DNA of 64,000 nt from an uncultured Candidatus Babeliaceae bacterium (GCA_963704655.1 OY969927.1:576001-640000), one strand, 5' to 3'. Shown: positions 19,611-30,477, numbered from the stretch's first letter. Program-made: numbers and translations. Notes: a model not told the origin generated them from the letters alone.

Positions 19611-19970
19611 TTACTCTACCCACTCAAGACGGGCAATTTCAGCAGTATCACTGATACGACGCGCTAAAGGAATAATGCGTGTATAGCCACCAGGACGTTG
19701 TTTAAAACGTGGAGCAATATCAGAGAAAAGCTTAGTTAACGCTTCATCTTTGTAAGGGAGTAATGCATGCGCACGACGACGAGCATTAAAGTTATTACCT
19801 TCGCGAGCAAGGGTAACAAGTTTTTCAGCAAAGCGTCTTACTTCTTTAATGCGTGCAACCGTAGAAACTAAATGCCCTTTTTCGATAAGGATAATAGCCT
19901 GGTTACGCATCATAGAGCGTTTATGAGCCGGATTTAAATTTAATTTTTTTCTACCATTTTGATGATTCAT
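19611..19970 (-). CDS. rplQ: 50S ribosomal protein L17
   Basis: RPGGYTRI motif; after rpoA. Confidence 0.97.
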   Translation of the reverse strand: MNHQNGRKKLNLNPAHKRSMMRNQAIILIEKGHLVSTVARIKEVRRFAEKLVTLAREGNNFNARRRAHALLPYKDEALTKLFSDIAPRFKQRPGGYTRIIPLARRISDTAEIARLEWVE

Positions 19971-19972
19971 AG

Positions 19973-21013
19973 CTATTCCTTATCAATCAACTTTCTTAAT
20001 TCAGCCTCTTTGACATTCATGCCAAAGGAAAGACCAAACGATTTCATGCCTTCTTTGACTTCGTCATAAGATTTGCGGCCGAAATTCTTAATTTTTAATA
20101 CGTCATCTTCTGTCAAATTAACCAAATCGATAATTCGCTTGATGCCTGCGTTAATAAGACAATTATGAGCACGTACTGAAAATTCAAGTGCATTAATTGG
20201 CTTTAACAAAAGTTCTACTGAAACACCTTTATAACGAACATCTTGAGCTTCAGGTTTTAACTCTTGTTTACCTTCAACAACCGGGCGAGAAATTTCATTA
20301 AAGGGAATTTCAGGAGCGGCTAAGAAATGCTCAAGTTGTGAACGAACAACAGAAACAGCATAACGAACTACTTCAAGTGGTGATTCTGTACCATCCGTAG
20401 CGATTTGAAGTAACAGTTTATCGTAATCAATAGAGGTACCTACACGAGTTTTTTCAACATCGTAACTTACCTTACGCACCGGAGAGAACATCGCATCGAT
20501 ATAGATTCGATTATCTTCTTGAAGCGCTTTACCTGCAGGCCATTTGGCTGCTTGGTAACCACGGCCAGATTCAACAAAAAACTGGATATCAAGCACGCCG
20601 CCTTGAGCAACATGCGCAATAATATGTTCTTTATTAATAAGTTCTAAATGATCATCAGCTTGAATCTCTGCAACAGTAGCCACACCTTCACCAGAAACAA
20701 CAAGTTTCATAGAACCAGGCTGACCTGTTTTATTTTTTATAACAATTTCTTTGCAGTTTAATACAATCTGAACCACATCTTCAACTACACCAGAAACTGA
20801 AGAGAATTCGTTGTTTACGCCTTTAATAATTACCGACGTAACAGCAGATCCTTCTACAGCACCAAGCAATGTACGTCTAATAGCATTACCCATGGTTGTA
20901 CCAAAACCTGGCTCAAGTGGTTCTACCACAAGCTCACCAAACGTTGCTGACAACGTCTGTTTATTCCACGCAAGCTGCGGAATAGTAAGTGATTGATATT
21001 CTTTTTTTTGCAT
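19973..21013 (-). CDS. rpoA: RNA polymerase alpha subunit
   Basis: PLEPGFGTTMGNAIRRTLL, alphaCTD SVRAHNCL...KNFGRKS. Confidence 0.98.
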   Translation of the reverse strand: MQKKEYQSLTIPQLAWNKQTLSATFGELVVEPLEPGFGTTMGNAIRRTLLGAVEGSAVTSVIIKGVNNEFSSVSGVVEDVVQIVLNCKEIVIKNKTGQPGSMKLVVSGEGVATVAEIQADDHLELINKEHIIAHVAQGGVLDIQFFVESGRGYQAAKWPAGKALQEDNRIYIDAMFSPVRKVSYDVEKTRVGTSIDYDKLLLQIATDGTESPLEVVRYAVSVVRSQLEHFLAAPEIPFNEISRPVVEGKQELKPEAQDVRYKGVSVELLLKPINALEFSVRAHNCLINAGIKRIIDLVNLTEDDVLKIKNFGRKSYDEVKEGMKSFGLSFGMNVKEAELRKLIDKE

Positions 21014-21042
21014 GTATACCCCTCTATATCTTTACTAACCTA

Positions 21043-21612
21043 TTACTTGGAGTACAACTCAACAATGAGATACTCTTCGATTGGAACTTGAATATCTGTA
21101 CGAACAGGCATGCGTAATACATTTCCTGAACGCGCCTTTTTATCCAACTCTAACCAATCTGGCACTTTAACCCCTGAAGCAAGTCGTTTTTCAACAACTG
21201 TCTCCATAAAAACTGGATGCTTTTCAATAGCAGGAGAAAGAGAAACCACATCATTAATTTGTATAAAATATGACGGAGAGTAAACTTTTTTACCATTTAC
21301 TAAAATATGTCCATGAACAACAACTTGACGCGCTTGAGCACGTGTTGCTGCAAATTTAAGACGAAATACCACGTTATCAAGACGTCTTTCAAGCAAGCTT
21401 AAAAGTAACTGACCTGGAGCTTCTTTACTGGAGGAAGCAATCGCGTAGAACTTTTTAAATTGGCGTTCACGCATTCCGTACATTTCTTTAACTTTTTGTT
21501 TTTCTTCAAGCTGTTTGCCATACTCAGTAGTTTTCTTGCCTCTTTTAGGGGCAGCTTCTGGAGAAGTTTTAGTTCCTCTTTCTGGCCTTACTTGTGGTGA
21601 TCTTTTTTCCAT
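21043..21612 (-). CDS. rpsD: 30S ribosomal protein S4
   Basis: EYG.QL.EKQK, LERRLDNVVFR, IVELYSK. Confidence 0.97.
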   Translation of the reverse strand: MEKRSPQVRPERGTKTSPEAAPKRGKKTTEYGKQLEEKQKVKEMYGMRERQFKKFYAIASSSKEAPGQLLLSLLERRLDNVVFRLKFAATRAQARQVVVHGHILVNGKKVYSPSYFIQINDVVSLSPAIEKHPVFMETVVEKRLASGVKVPDWLELDKKARSGNVLRMPVRTDIQVPIEEYLIVELYSK

Positions 21613-21645
21613 ATACTGGTTTATACTTTCATTTCTAAATGATAA

Positions 21646-22029
21646 CTATACACGTCGTTTTTTTGGACGACGACATCCGTTGTGTGGAAGCGGAGTAACA
21701 TCGCGTAATACCGAAATATTAAATCCAGAAGACTGGAGCGCTCGTACTACCGAATCTCTTCCCGCGCCTGGCCCTTGAAGATTTACTTCAAGTTGTCTAA
21801 TGCCAAGGCCACTCATTTCTTTTGCAAGTGTTGATCCAATTTGTGAAGCTACAAAAGGAGTACCCTTACGAGCACCTTTATAACCCAACTTACCTGAACT
21901 GGAGCGCAACAATACATCGCCATCAACGGTAGTAACCGTGACAAGCGTATTATTAAATGAAGACTTTACATGCACAACAGCAGAATCTACTTGTCTTTTA
22001 TTTTTTTTAGTTTTTTTCTTGTAACTCAT
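21646..22029 (-). CDS. rpsK: 30S ribosomal protein S11
   Basis: DVTPLPHNGCR. Confidence 0.98.
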   Translation of the reverse strand: MSYKKKTKKNKRQVDSAVVHVKSSFNNTLVTVTTVDGDVLLRSSSGKLGYKGARKGTPFVASQIGSTLAKEMSGLGIRQLEVNLQGPGAGRDSVVRALQSSGFNISVLRDVTPLPHNGCRRPKKRRV

Positions 22030-22054
22030 GTGATACCTAAGAGACTTTGATTAC

Positions 22055-22444
22055 TTATTTTTTAGTAACTTTACGTTTAAGAGCGACAATTGAACCTGCT
22101 TTACGAGGACCCTTACGAGTACGCGCATTAGTTTTAGTTCTTTGGCCGCGAACTGGTAAAGACCTTTTGTGACGAAGCCCACGATATGAACCAATATCTT
22201 GAAGTCTTTTAATATCTGCTTTGATTTCTTTACGCAAATCACCTTCGATCATATACTCACTAGTCACTTCTTTTTGAAGCGTAGCAACTTGCTGATCGGT
22301 TAAGTCTTTAACGCGAGTATCAAAGTTAATATGTAATTTATTTAAAATATCACGTGAACGTTTTAAACCAATACCAAACAAGTAGGTAAGTCCATATTCA
22401 ATTCTTTTTTCTCGCGGTAGGTTAACACCTTCGATTCTAGCCAT
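22055..22444 (-). CDS. rpsM: 30S ribosomal protein S13
   Basis: [17 protein letters not shown]. Confidence 0.98.
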   Translation of the reverse strand: MARIEGVNLPREKRIEYGLTYLFGIGLKRSRDILNKLHINFDTRVKDLTDQQVATLQKEVTSEYMIEGDLRKEIKADIKRLQDIGSYRGLRHKRSLPVRGQRTKTNARTRKGPRKAGSIVALKRKVTKK

Positions 22445-22453
22445 AATATCCTT

Positions 22454-22570
22454 CTAACCTTGACGTTGCTTGTGTCTAGGATTTTTTTTACAAATAACGC
22501 GAACTACGCCATCACGCTTAATAGTTCTGCAATCACGACAAATTGCGGTTACTGATGTCCGTACTTTCAT
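22454..22570 (-). CDS. rpmJ: 50S ribosomal protein L36 (zinc-ribbon form)
   Basis: Manual translation [38 protein letters not shown]. Confidence 0.97.
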   Translation of the reverse strand: MKVRTSVTAICRDCRTIKRDGVVRVICKKNPRHKQRQG

Positions 22571-22606
22571 TGAAATACCTTTATATAAATCTGCAATAAT
22601 TACTTA

Positions 22607-22843
22607 TTATGCCTTATATCTTAAAACAATTCTACCCCGTGTAAGATCATAGGGGGATAATTCCATCGAAACCCTATCTCCAGGGAGCATACGTATACCA
22701 TTCATGCGCATCCGTCCAGAAGCGTGCCCTAGTACCATATGACCGCCTTCAACTTCCACGCGGAACATATCGTTAGGCAACGTATCACGAACGATGCCAT
22801 CTATAGTTATAATATCATCTTTTTGCTTTTTTTTCATCATCAA
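22607..22843 (-). CDS. infA: Translation initiation factor IF-1
   Basis: [22 protein letters not shown]. Confidence 0.97.
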   Translation of the reverse strand: MMMKKKQKDDIITIDGIVRDTLPNDMFRVEVEGGHMVLGHASGRMRMNGIRMLPGDRVSMELSPYDLTRGRIVLRYKA

Positions 22844-22851
22844 TTTTACTC

Positions 22852-23613
22852 TTATAATCTAGTAGTAATTTCAGGTCCATGGTCTGTCACGATAACCGTA
22901 TCTTCAACATGCGCTGCCAATGAGCCATCTGCGGTTCTAGCAGTCCATTTATCATCATCCATTTTTACAGCATAATTACCTAAAGTAATCATGGGTTCTA
23001 GGGCAAAAGCCATGCCTACTTCAATAAGCGGCCCTTTGCCTGGAGCCCCAAAATTAACAATTTCTGGATCTTCATGCATTTTTTTACCGATTCCATGTCC
23101 GGCAAAATCACGAACAACTCCAAATCCTTGAGCCTCTACAGTACTTTGTATGGCAAAAGAGATATCAGAGATGCGATTACCAACACGAATTTTATCAATT
23201 CCAGCATCTAATGAATCATATGCTGTTTTTACCAGGCATGCAGCTTCAGAAGTTAAAGCTATTCCACCCACTATATAAGTACGAGCCATATCAGCACAAT
23301 ACCCATTATACGATGCGCAAACATCAACTTTTACAAGATCACCCTGCTTAAGTAGCTGCTGCGAACTTGGAATACCGTGTACGATAACATCATTAACAGA
23401 AATACAGGCAGCAGCAGGAAATGGTGGATATCCGTACCCTTTGCATTGAGAATATAAACCACAAGCCAGTAACCGTTTTTCAACAAAACTATCCAGCGCT
23501 TGGGTAGAAATCCCTTCTTTTAATTGTTCAGGGATCTCCTGAAAAACCTGCGCAAGCCTTTTTCCAGCTTCACGCATAATAGAAAATGCATGGTTATTTT
23601 TTCGAACTATCAT
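22852..23613 (-). CDS. map: Methionine aminopeptidase type I
   Basis: CISVND...HGIP, GHGIG...HEDP, ALEPM, AHVEDT. Confidence 0.96.
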   Translation of the reverse strand: MIVRKNNHAFSIMREAGKRLAQVFQEIPEQLKEGISTQALDSFVEKRLLACGLYSQCKGYGYPPFPAAACISVNDVIVHGIPSSQQLLKQGDLVKVDVCASYNGYCADMARTYIVGGIALTSEAACLVKTAYDSLDAGIDKIRVGNRISDISFAIQSTVEAQGFGVVRDFAGHGIGKKMHEDPEIVNFGAPGKGPLIEVGMAFALEPMITLGNYAVKMDDDKWTARTADGSLAAHVEDTVIVTDHGPEITTRL

Positions 23614-24293
23614 GCCACTTTTCCCGTAGATTCAATAAATGCCTTAAAAACATTATCCAATGGCAACTCGACATTAAGATCAATAACTTTACGTGAGGAA
23701 TTTCGATAATAATCAAGAAGATCATCTGCAAATCGATGGTATGTTTTTAAACGCTCAAAAACAACATCACTTTTATCATCAATTCTTTGCACAACAGGAG
23801 ATCCACATTCTTGACAAACAAGATCTGTATGAACCTGATGAGGCAAAATCGAATAAACAACCTGACATGAGTCACTTTGGCAAACAAAGCGTGTTTTTAA
23901 ACGATTAATAACATGATCATCATGAATATTCATTGAAACAACTGTAACTGACGAATTATTAAAATTATCCTGAGCAAATAAATAATCCAATGCGCGTGCC
24001 TGAGCTACCGTGCGTGGAAAGCCATCAAGAATAATCCCAGAGGATAACTCGGTAGCTTCTTGAATCCAAGAAGCTACCATATCTATCATAAGTTCATCAT
24101 CAATCAATTTTCCTGACTTAATTGCATGATCAATCTTCAGGCCGATATCAGTCATGCGGGCAATATGCTGCCTGCATAAGTTACCGGTTGATAAATGCGC
24201 CCAACCAAGGTTTTTCTTACATAAGTGAGAAAGTGAACCTTTACCAGAACCTGGAGGGCCTACAAAAATGTATATATCTTTAACAGATTTCAC
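23610..24293 (-). CDS. adk: Adenylate kinase
   Basis: GPPGSGKG, LDGFPRT, Cys-containing lid. Confidence 0.96.
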   Translation of the reverse strand: MKSVKDIYIFVGPPGSGKGSLSHLCKKNLGWAHLSTGNLCRQHIARMTDIGLKIDHAIKSGKLIDDELMIDMVASWIQEATELSSGIILDGFPRTVAQARALDYLFAQDNFNNSSVTVVSMNIHDDHVINRLKTRFVCQSDSCQVVYSILPHQVHTDLVCQECGSPVVQRIDDKSDVVFERLKTYHRFADDLLDYYRNSSRKVIDLNVELPLDNVFKAFIESTGKVA

Positions 24294-25612
24294 CGAGCTG
24301 CCCTAGATTTAATACGACTACCTGACGTTAAAAAGCCTGCATAGTTGCTTTCAAGAAGATAAGCCTCTAATTGTGAACTTAATTCTAATCCAACACCAAC
24401 CACAATCAATAACGATGTACCACCAAGAACAAAGGGCATATACACTAATGCTTGAAGAATGTTTGGCAATAACGCTAAACATGCCAAGTAAATAGCACCT
24501 ACAAGACCTAAACGAGTTAAAATCTTGTCAAGTTCATCAGCCGTTTGTTTACCAGGACGAATCCCAGGAATAAATCCACCATTTTTTTTCAAATTTTGCG
24601 ATAGTTCGTTTGGGTCGAAAATAATCGACGTGTAAACAAAGGTAAACACAATAATAAGAATAAAGGTCAAAATATTGTACATAACGCCGCCACGAGAGAG
24701 ATCCATTGCCAATGAACTTAGTGCTTCCCAATGAAAATAATTTGCTAAAAAGCTAAAAATCGCAGAAGGAATACTTAAGATCGTTGATGCAAAAATCGCA
24801 GGCATAACACCAACGTTATTAATCTTAAAGGGTATATAGGTGCTTTGCCCGCCATATACTCGTTGACCAACAACACGACGTGCATAGTGAACCGGAATTT
24901 TTCTCTCGCCCTTTTCTAAATACACAATTGCAGCAGCAACTGCTATGAAAAAGGCCAAAATACCAAGCGCCACAAGTAATGACATGTTTCCTTCTTTGAC
25001 CTGAAGAACGGTTCTCAAAACATCTTGAGGAAATGCAGACACAATACCCGCAAAGATAAGCATCGAACTTCCATTACCAAGACCATACAGAGAAATCTGT
25101 TCGCCGAGCCACATAACAAACATGGCACCAGTGGTAAGACACAGTACAAAAAAGAGTTTAAATCCAAGACCTGGCGTTAATACAAGATTATATGTCGTAA
25201 GATAGGTTAAAAGACCTGAACTATAGACAATGCCAAGAATAAGGGTTAAGTAACGGGTATACTGATTAATAATTCTTCGACCATATTCGCCTTCTTTTGA
25301 AAGCACTTCAAGTTGCGGTATCGCCATAGAGGCAAACTGCATAACTAATGAAGCAACGATATAAGGACTAATACCTAAAGCAAAGAGCGCGCACTGTTGC
25401 AAGGCGCCTCCAGAAAAGGTATTCAGATAACTTAAAAATCCACCAACAAAATTGGATGATTTCATAGTTTCAGCAAGAAGATCAATATTGATCCCTGAAA
25501 CTGGAATAAAAACACCAACTCGATAAATTATGAGTACCGTTAGAGTAAAAAACAACTTACGGCTTAACTCAGGAATTTTAAAAATATTCCAAAAATTATT
25601 AAACAGAACCAC
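24290..25612 (-). CDS. secY: Preprotein translocase SecY
   Basis: FALGISPYI, GNGSSMLIF, FIPGIRPG, GGTSLLIVV. Confidence 0.98.
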   Translation of the reverse strand: MVLFNNFWNIFKIPELSRKLFFTLTVLIIYRVGVFIPVSGINIDLLAETMKSSNFVGGFLSYLNTFSGGALQQCALFALGISPYIVASLVMQFASMAIPQLEVLSKEGEYGRRIINQYTRYLTLILGIVYSSGLLTYLTTYNLVLTPGLGFKLFFVLCLTTGAMFVMWLGEQISLYGLGNGSSMLIFAGIVSAFPQDVLRTVLQVKEGNMSLLVALGILAFFIAVAAAIVYLEKGERKIPVHYARRVVGQRVYGGQSTYIPFKINNVGVMPAIFASTILSIPSAIFSFLANYFHWEALSSLAMDLSRGGVMYNILTFILIIVFTFVYTSIIFDPNELSQNLKKNGGFIPGIRPGKQTADELDKILTRLGLVGAIYLACLALLPNILQALVYMPFVLGGTSLLIVVGVGLELSSQLEAYLLESNYAGFLTSGSRIKSRAAR

Positions 25613-25616
25613 AGTA

Positions 25617-26057
25617 TTACTTCTCCTTATTTATGTGCACGAGGCCACCGGCCTGTACGATCTGTCCTTGCGCTGATTTACTAATAAAATCGGTGTGGAG
25701 CGTTAACTTTTTATCAACAGTTCCTGATGATAAAACTTTAACAAAAGAACCTTTTCGACCTCTAATAAGACCGACTTCAATCAAAGATTCTCTATTAACT
25801 ACCGCACCATTTTCAAAAATTTCATGAATGTCTGCTAATTGTACAATTTCAATTTCTTTTTGAAACATCGTATTGTTAAATCCGCGTTTAGGAAGACGAC
25901 GAGTTAAAGGCATTTGACCACCTTCAAACAAGATCCCTAAATTAGCGCCAGAACGTCCTTTTTGGCCTTTATTACCGCGACCAGATGTTCCGCCGCGACT
26001 TCCACCGCGGCCAATACGTTTTCTATCTTTTCCAGCTGAAGGTAAATTATGCAACAT
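25617..26057 (-). CDS. rplO: 50S ribosomal protein L15
   Basis: GRG.KGQK.R, FEGGQMPL.RRLPKRGF. Confidence 0.97.
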   Translation of the reverse strand: MLHNLPSAGKDRKRIGRGGSRGGTSGRGNKGQKGRSGANLGILFEGGQMPLTRRLPKRGFNNTMFQKEIEIVQLADIHEIFENGAVVNRESLIEVGLIRGRKGSFVKVLSSGTVDKKLTLHTDFISKSAQGQIVQAGGLVHINKEK

Positions 26058-26556
26058 GAGCTGTTTCCCCTTTGGTGATTGCTTTTACAGTTTTACCACG
26101 AAGTCTAGCAATATGAGCTGCGCTACGACATTTAGCAAGAGCATTTAAAGTCGCTTTAACAACGTTTTGCGGAGAGCGGGAAGGTCCAAGTGTTTTTGCA
26201 AGAACATCTTTAATACCTAATGCCAACATAACCGCACGAACAGATTTACCAGCAATAAGACCTGTTCCTTTATACGCAGAGCGTAAAAGAACATTGGTCG
26301 CACCATGATGTCCTTGAACATCGTAAGGCAATGTATTTTCACGAACGGAAATACCGATCAAGTTTTTACGTGCAAGCGCAGTAGCTTTAGAAATAGCAGC
26401 TGAAACTTCACGTCCTTTACCTTGACCACAACCAACGGCACCTTGTTGATTTCCTGAAACAACAAACGCTGAAAAAGAGAATCTTTTTCCGCCTTTAGTT
26501 ACTTTTGTAACACGTCGAACACTAACAACAGTATCGACAAATTGAATTTCTGACAT
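26047..26556 (-). CDS. rpsE: 30S ribosomal protein S5
   Basis: RVTKVTKGGKRFSFSA; likely start MSEIQ. Confidence 0.97.
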   Translation of the reverse strand: MSEIQFVDTVVSVRRVTKVTKGGKRFSFSAFVVSGNQQGAVGCGQGKGREVSAAISKATALARKNLIGISVRENTLPYDVQGHHGATNVLLRSAYKGTGLIAGKSVRAVMLALGIKDVLAKTLGPSRSPQNVVKATLNALAKCRSAAHIARLRGKTVKAITKGETAHVA

Positions 26557-26573
26557 ATGTAAATCCTTAATCA

Positions 26574-26924
26574 TTATACTTTAAGCCCGCCAGCACGTAG
26601 ACCTTCTGCTAACGATTTAACACGACCATGATACAAGAAAGGCCCGCGGTCAAAGGTCACTTGATTAACACCTTGGCTTAAAGCTTTTTTTGCTAACTCA
26701 AGACCAACAGTATGAGCAACATCTTTTTTGCTGCCTGCAACTTTTTTAAGGTCCATAGATGATGCACTTGCCAACGTTTTTTGTTGAGCGTCATCAATTA
26801 CTTGCGCATAAATATGATTAAGGCTTCTAAAAACCGATACGCGCGGTGTTGAAGAAGACAATCGAGAACGAACACGCAATGTACGGCGTCGAACTTGATT
26901 TTTTAATTTTCTTAAAATAGACAC
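26574..26924 (-). CDS. rplR: 50S ribosomal protein L18
   Basis: PRVSVFRS..HIYAQ, FDRG.FLYHGRV. Confidence 0.97.
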   Translation of the reverse strand: MSILRKLKNQVRRRTLRVRSRLSSSTPRVSVFRSLNHIYAQVIDDAQQKTLASASSMDLKKVAGSKKDVAHTVGLELAKKALSQGVNQVTFDRGPFLYHGRVKSLAEGLRAGGLKV

Positions 26925-26945
26925 GTTATAACTCCAAAATTCTCA

Positions 26946-27485
26946 TTATGCTGATTTAGCTTTACCAGCTTTACGTCTTATAACTTCGCCTACATATTGA
27001 ATCCCAGTACCCTTATAAGGCTCTGGTGGACGCAATGCGCGAATTTTGCTACATACAAGCCCCAAAAGTTCTTTATCAGAAGAACGGCAGGTAAGTAACT
27101 GACCCACTTTATCAATTTCGACAGTGACCGCAGCTGGAAGATCAAAATCGATCTTATGGCTATAGCCAAGAGAAAATTGTAATTTTGCACCTTGTGCCAC
27201 GGCTTTATAACCGAGGCCAACAATACGAATTTGTTTATCAAACCCTGCATGCGCGCCAATAATTTGATTAGCAAGCAATGCACGATGTAGACCCCATATA
27301 CGATTAGTATCTGAAGTTTTACGTGTAGCTTTTAACACCAGCTGAGAATCAATAATTTCAGCTTTTAAAAGATCTGGCAAAGTATATGAACCCGCCATTT
27401 TTTTACCCTTAAACGAAATATCATTACCCTGTATATCAACAGTAAGTCCTGATATGTCTATAGGTTTTCTACCAATTTTTGACAT
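26946..27485 (-). CDS. rplF: 50S ribosomal protein L6
   Basis: MSKIGRKPI, RPPEPYKG. Confidence 0.97.
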   Translation of the reverse strand: MSKIGRKPIDISGLTVDIQGNDISFKGKKMAGSYTLPDLLKAEIIDSQLVLKATRKTSDTNRIWGLHRALLANQIIGAHAGFDKQIRIVGLGYKAVAQGAKLQFSLGYSHKIDFDLPAAVTVEIDKVGQLLTCRSSDKELLGLVCSKIRALRPPEPYKGTGIQYVGEVIRRKAGKAKSA

Positions 27486-27495
27486 AGTCCACCCC

Positions 27496-27888
27496 TTACC
27501 AAACGGTACAAATTACTTCACCACCAACACGAAGCTCACGAGCTTTCTTGTTGGTTATAACGCCACGTGGTGTCGTTAAAACAGCAATCCCAAGCCCACC
27601 AATAACTGGTTCTAGTGAGGAAACGCCTTTATAAACGCGTCTACTAGGCTTGCTTACTCGAGTAATTTCGTGAATTGTTGACTCACCATCAACATATTTA
27701 AGCACAACCTTAAGACTTTTGTGGGCACCATCGCCTTCGACTCCGAAGTCGCAAATAAAACCCTCGTCTTTTAAGATTGAGGCTATTTGATACTTGAGAT
27801 TCGAATAGGGTGCCTTAACATCAGGCAATGACGCCATGATGCCATTACGAATAATGGTTAAAAAATTACCAATTGTATCAATCGACAT
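27496..27888 (-). CDS. rpsH: 30S ribosomal protein S8
   Basis: LT.IRNG, SKPSRRVY, GGEVIC.VW. Confidence 0.97.
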   Translation of the reverse strand: MSIDTIGNFLTIIRNGIMASLPDVKAPYSNLKYQIASILKDEGFICDFGVEGDGAHKSLKVVLKYVDGESTIHEITRVSKPSRRVYKGVSSLEPVIGGLGIAVLTTPRGVITNKKARELRVGGEVICTVW

Positions 27889-27938
27889 CGACTATCCTTA
27901 TAACAGTTTACCAACTGCTGGATTCCATTTAGTATGGA

Positions 27939-28244
27939 CTACCAGCTTGCTTTTTTTACACCTGGCAATACGCCATTTGATGCAAATTCTCTAAAACATA
28001 AACGTGAAAGCTTGAAAAAACCCATATAACCACGAGGTCTTCCTGAAAGCTCACAACGATTTCTCACGCGAGTTGCACTTGAACTACGTGGCAAACGAGC
28101 CAACACTTTCTGCGCTTTCAATTTTTCATCGTAGGTTGTTTTAGGGCTTTGAACAATCGCTACAAGTTTTTTACGCTGTTCAGCGTAACGTGTAACGAGT
28201 TCTTTCTTTTTGTTGTTATTTACAACTAATGCTTTTCTTGCCAT
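27939..28244 (-). CDS. rpsN: 30S ribosomal protein S14 (101-aa zinc-independent form)
   Basis: [14 protein letters not shown]...SRLCFRE, KASW. Confidence 0.96.
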   Translation of the reverse strand: MARKALVVNNNKKKELVTRYAEQRKKLVAIVQSPKTTYDEKLKAQKVLARLPRSSSATRVRNRCELSGRPRGYMGFFKLSRLCFREFASNGVLPGVKKASW

Positions 28245-28262
28245 ATCTTTACGTTACCTTAC

Positions 28263-28802
28263 TTATTTCTTTTTAAACGGCATGCCAAATTGCTTTAGAA
28301 GCGCAAAGCCTTGCTCGTCATTAATTGCAGAAGTATGAATAGTAATATTCATTCCGTGTGTTTTATCAGCACCATTGTCTTCTGCTTCAGGGAAGATAAT
28401 CCACTCTTTAACGCCGAGGTTATAGTTACCACGACCATCAAGTTTTTTAGTTACACCCTGAAAATCACGTACACGTGGAAGAGCAATGTTAATAAGTTCA
28501 TCAAGGAACTCATACATCTTCTTATTACGCAATGTAACACACACACCAAGCTTCATACCCTCACGGATTTTAAAACCAGCGATAGATTTCTTACATATCG
28601 TTTCAATAGGCGCTTGCTTAGTAATGATAGAAAGCTTTTTCTTAACTTTTTGCAACTCTTTACTATCAGTTACCGCTTCTTTTACACCCACATTGACTAC
28701 AATCTTATTAATTCGTGGAACTTCCATGATATTTTTAAGATTAAGCTCTTTTTGTAATGCTGGGCGTATATTTTTGTTATATTCTTCTTTTAATCTTATC
28801 AT
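28263..28802 (-). CDS. rplE: 50S ribosomal protein L5
   Basis: KSIAGFKIREG, LPRVRDFQG, DGRGNY. Confidence 0.97.
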   Translation of the reverse strand: MIRLKEEYNKNIRPALQKELNLKNIMEVPRINKIVVNVGVKEAVTDSKELQKVKKKLSIITKQAPIETICKKSIAGFKIREGMKLGVCVTLRNKKMYEFLDELINIALPRVRDFQGVTKKLDGRGNYNLGVKEWIIFPEAEDNGADKTHGMNITIHTSAINDEQGFALLKQFGMPFKKK

Positions 28803-28813
28803 AATTTGCCCGC

Positions 28814-29125
28814 TTATAAGACTTCGTGCGTACCTGTTGAAATACGCTCTTTATGTCCATTTTCTAATTGTTTAATTTGAACACGTGTAGGTTTTCCTGT
28901 TGAAGGAACAACCGGCATAACATTAGAAATATGTACATACCCTTCTTCTTTTTTAATAGAAGAAGTTTCACCTTGGCGCTTAGCTTTAACATGACGAGTA
29001 ACAACAGCAATACCACGAACCTTTACACGGTCGTGTTTAAGATCAAGTTCAATAACTTGGCCTGTTTTGCCTTTGTCTTTACCTGTTGTAACTATCACCG
29101 TGTCATTTTGTTTAATACGAAACAT
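28814..29125 (-). CDS. rplX: 50S ribosomal protein L24
   Basis: GKDKGKTG, HISNV. Confidence 0.96.
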   Translation of the reverse strand: MFRIKQNDTVIVTTGKDKGKTGQVIELDLKHDRVKVRGIAVVTRHVKAKRQGETSSIKKEEGYVHISNVMPVVPSTGKPTRVQIKQLENGHKERISTGTHEVL

Positions 29126-29133
29126 GCTGATCC

Positions 29134-29523
29134 TTATACAACTTCAGGTGCTAATGACAATATTTTTGAAAACTTCTCTTTGCCCTTAAAACGCAATTCA
29201 CGTGCGATAGGACCAAAGATACGCGTACCTACAGGTGTTGCATCATCAACAGATTTAATAATTACCGCTGCATTTTCACCAAATGCAATATAACTACCAT
29301 CTGCACGACGCTGTTCTTTTTTTGTACGAACAATCACCGCAGTCACTTTGTCTTTCTTTTTTACCGTTGCACCAGGAGTTGCTTCCTTTACTGCACAAAT
29401 AACAATATCCCCAAGACCTGCATCTCTTAAGCCCGTGCTTCCAACAAGATGGAATACTTGCATTAATTTTGCACCGGAATTGTCAGCAACTTCTAAAAAA
29501 GTCTCTTTTTGAATAGTAGACAT
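29134..29523 (-). CDS. rplN: 50S ribosomal protein L14
   Basis: [21 protein letters not shown]. Confidence 0.97.
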   Translation of the reverse strand: MSTIQKETFLEVADNSGAKLMQVFHLVGSTGLRDAGLGDIVICAVKEATPGATVKKKDKVTAVIVRTKKEQRRADGSYIAFGENAAVIIKSVDDATPVGTRIFGPIARELRFKGKEKFSKILSLAPEVV

Positions 29524-29533
29524 AACAATTTCC

Positions 29534-29788
29534 TTACTTGCTCACAATATCAGCTAAGTACATATACTTAGTTTTAGAAACAGGACGGCCTTCGTAGATA
29601 TCAACGTTATCGCCTAGGCGTGCACGCTGCTCTTCATCATGAACTTTATATTTTTTAATCGAACGCATTACTTTTGCAAGGCGTGGGTGCATGAAAGTTC
29701 TTTCAACTTCAACCACGATAGTTTTGTTCATCTTTGCAGATACAACCTTGCCACGTAATGTCGATTTTTTTTCTTTATTTTCTGCCAT
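29534..29788 (-). CDS. rpsQ: 30S ribosomal protein S17
   Basis: [21 protein letters not shown]. Confidence 0.96.
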   Translation of the reverse strand: MAENKEKKSTLRGKVVSAKMNKTIVVEVERTFMHPRLAKVMRSIKKYKVHDEEQRARLGDNVDIYEGRPVSKTKYMYLADIVSK

Positions 29789-29792
29789 AGTC

Positions 29793-30002
29793 TTACGCTT
29801 GTGTTCTCTTATTTAAATATGTTAATCCACGAGCAATTGCACTTTTGAGCATTCTTTGATCAGAAGCAAAAGATTTTACGTGCCCTGTTGTTGATTTAAG
29901 ACGAAGCTGAAAAAGCTCATGTCGTAAACCATCTACAGCGACAAGTAGTTGCTCAGCGTTCATATTTTTCATTTCTTGCGATAACGCTTTATTGTTTTTC
30001 AT
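29793..30002 (-). CDS. rpmC: 50S ribosomal protein L29
   Basis: ELFQLR...IAR..T; position between rplP and rpsQ. Confidence 0.9.
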   Translation of the reverse strand: MKNNKALSQEMKNMNAEQLLVAVDGLRHELFQLRLKSTTGHVKSFASDQRMLKSAIARGLTYLNKRTQA

Positions 30003-30448
30003 GCGCCACCTCATTTGTTTCTATTACCGGTTGTATAACAGCTTCACGTTTAACAATTTTAGTCTTCATAGGAAGCTTATATTGTGCTTGTTTTAAGACT
30101 TCTTTAGCTTCAATTTCACTTAAGCCAGAGACTTCACAAACAATACGATCACGCTTTACAACACTTACCCAAAACTCAACGTTACCCTTACCTTTACCCA
30201 TACGAGTTTCAGCAGGTTTTTTGGAAACAGGTTTATCAGGAAAGACACGAAGAAACATTTTGCCGACTTTTTTCAACTTACGTGAAATAGTCACACGCAT
30301 TGCTTCGATTTGAGCTGCGCGTAAGCCATACTGGTTCAAGAGCCTGAAGCCCATAATCACCAAACATAACATCACGAGCACCCTTAGATCTTCCCTTACG
30401 AGTTCCTCGTTGAACTTTTCTATATTTTATTTTTTTTGGCATTAACAT
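29989..30448 (-). CDS. rplP: 50S ribosomal protein L16, one apparent frameshift near 30319
   Basis: [11 protein letters not shown]...[10 protein letters not shown] in one frame, AAQIEA.R...[13 protein letters not shown] in another. Confidence 0.93.
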
Positions 30449-30461
30449 AAGATATCCTTAG

Positions 30462-30477
30462 ATTCTGAGCTTGTCGT
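30462..30477 (-). repeat. Remnant of REP-like family A
   Basis: Reverse strand CGACAAGCTCAGAAT matches TCGACAAGCTCAGGAT; in the rpsC-rplP spacer. Confidence 0.5.
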
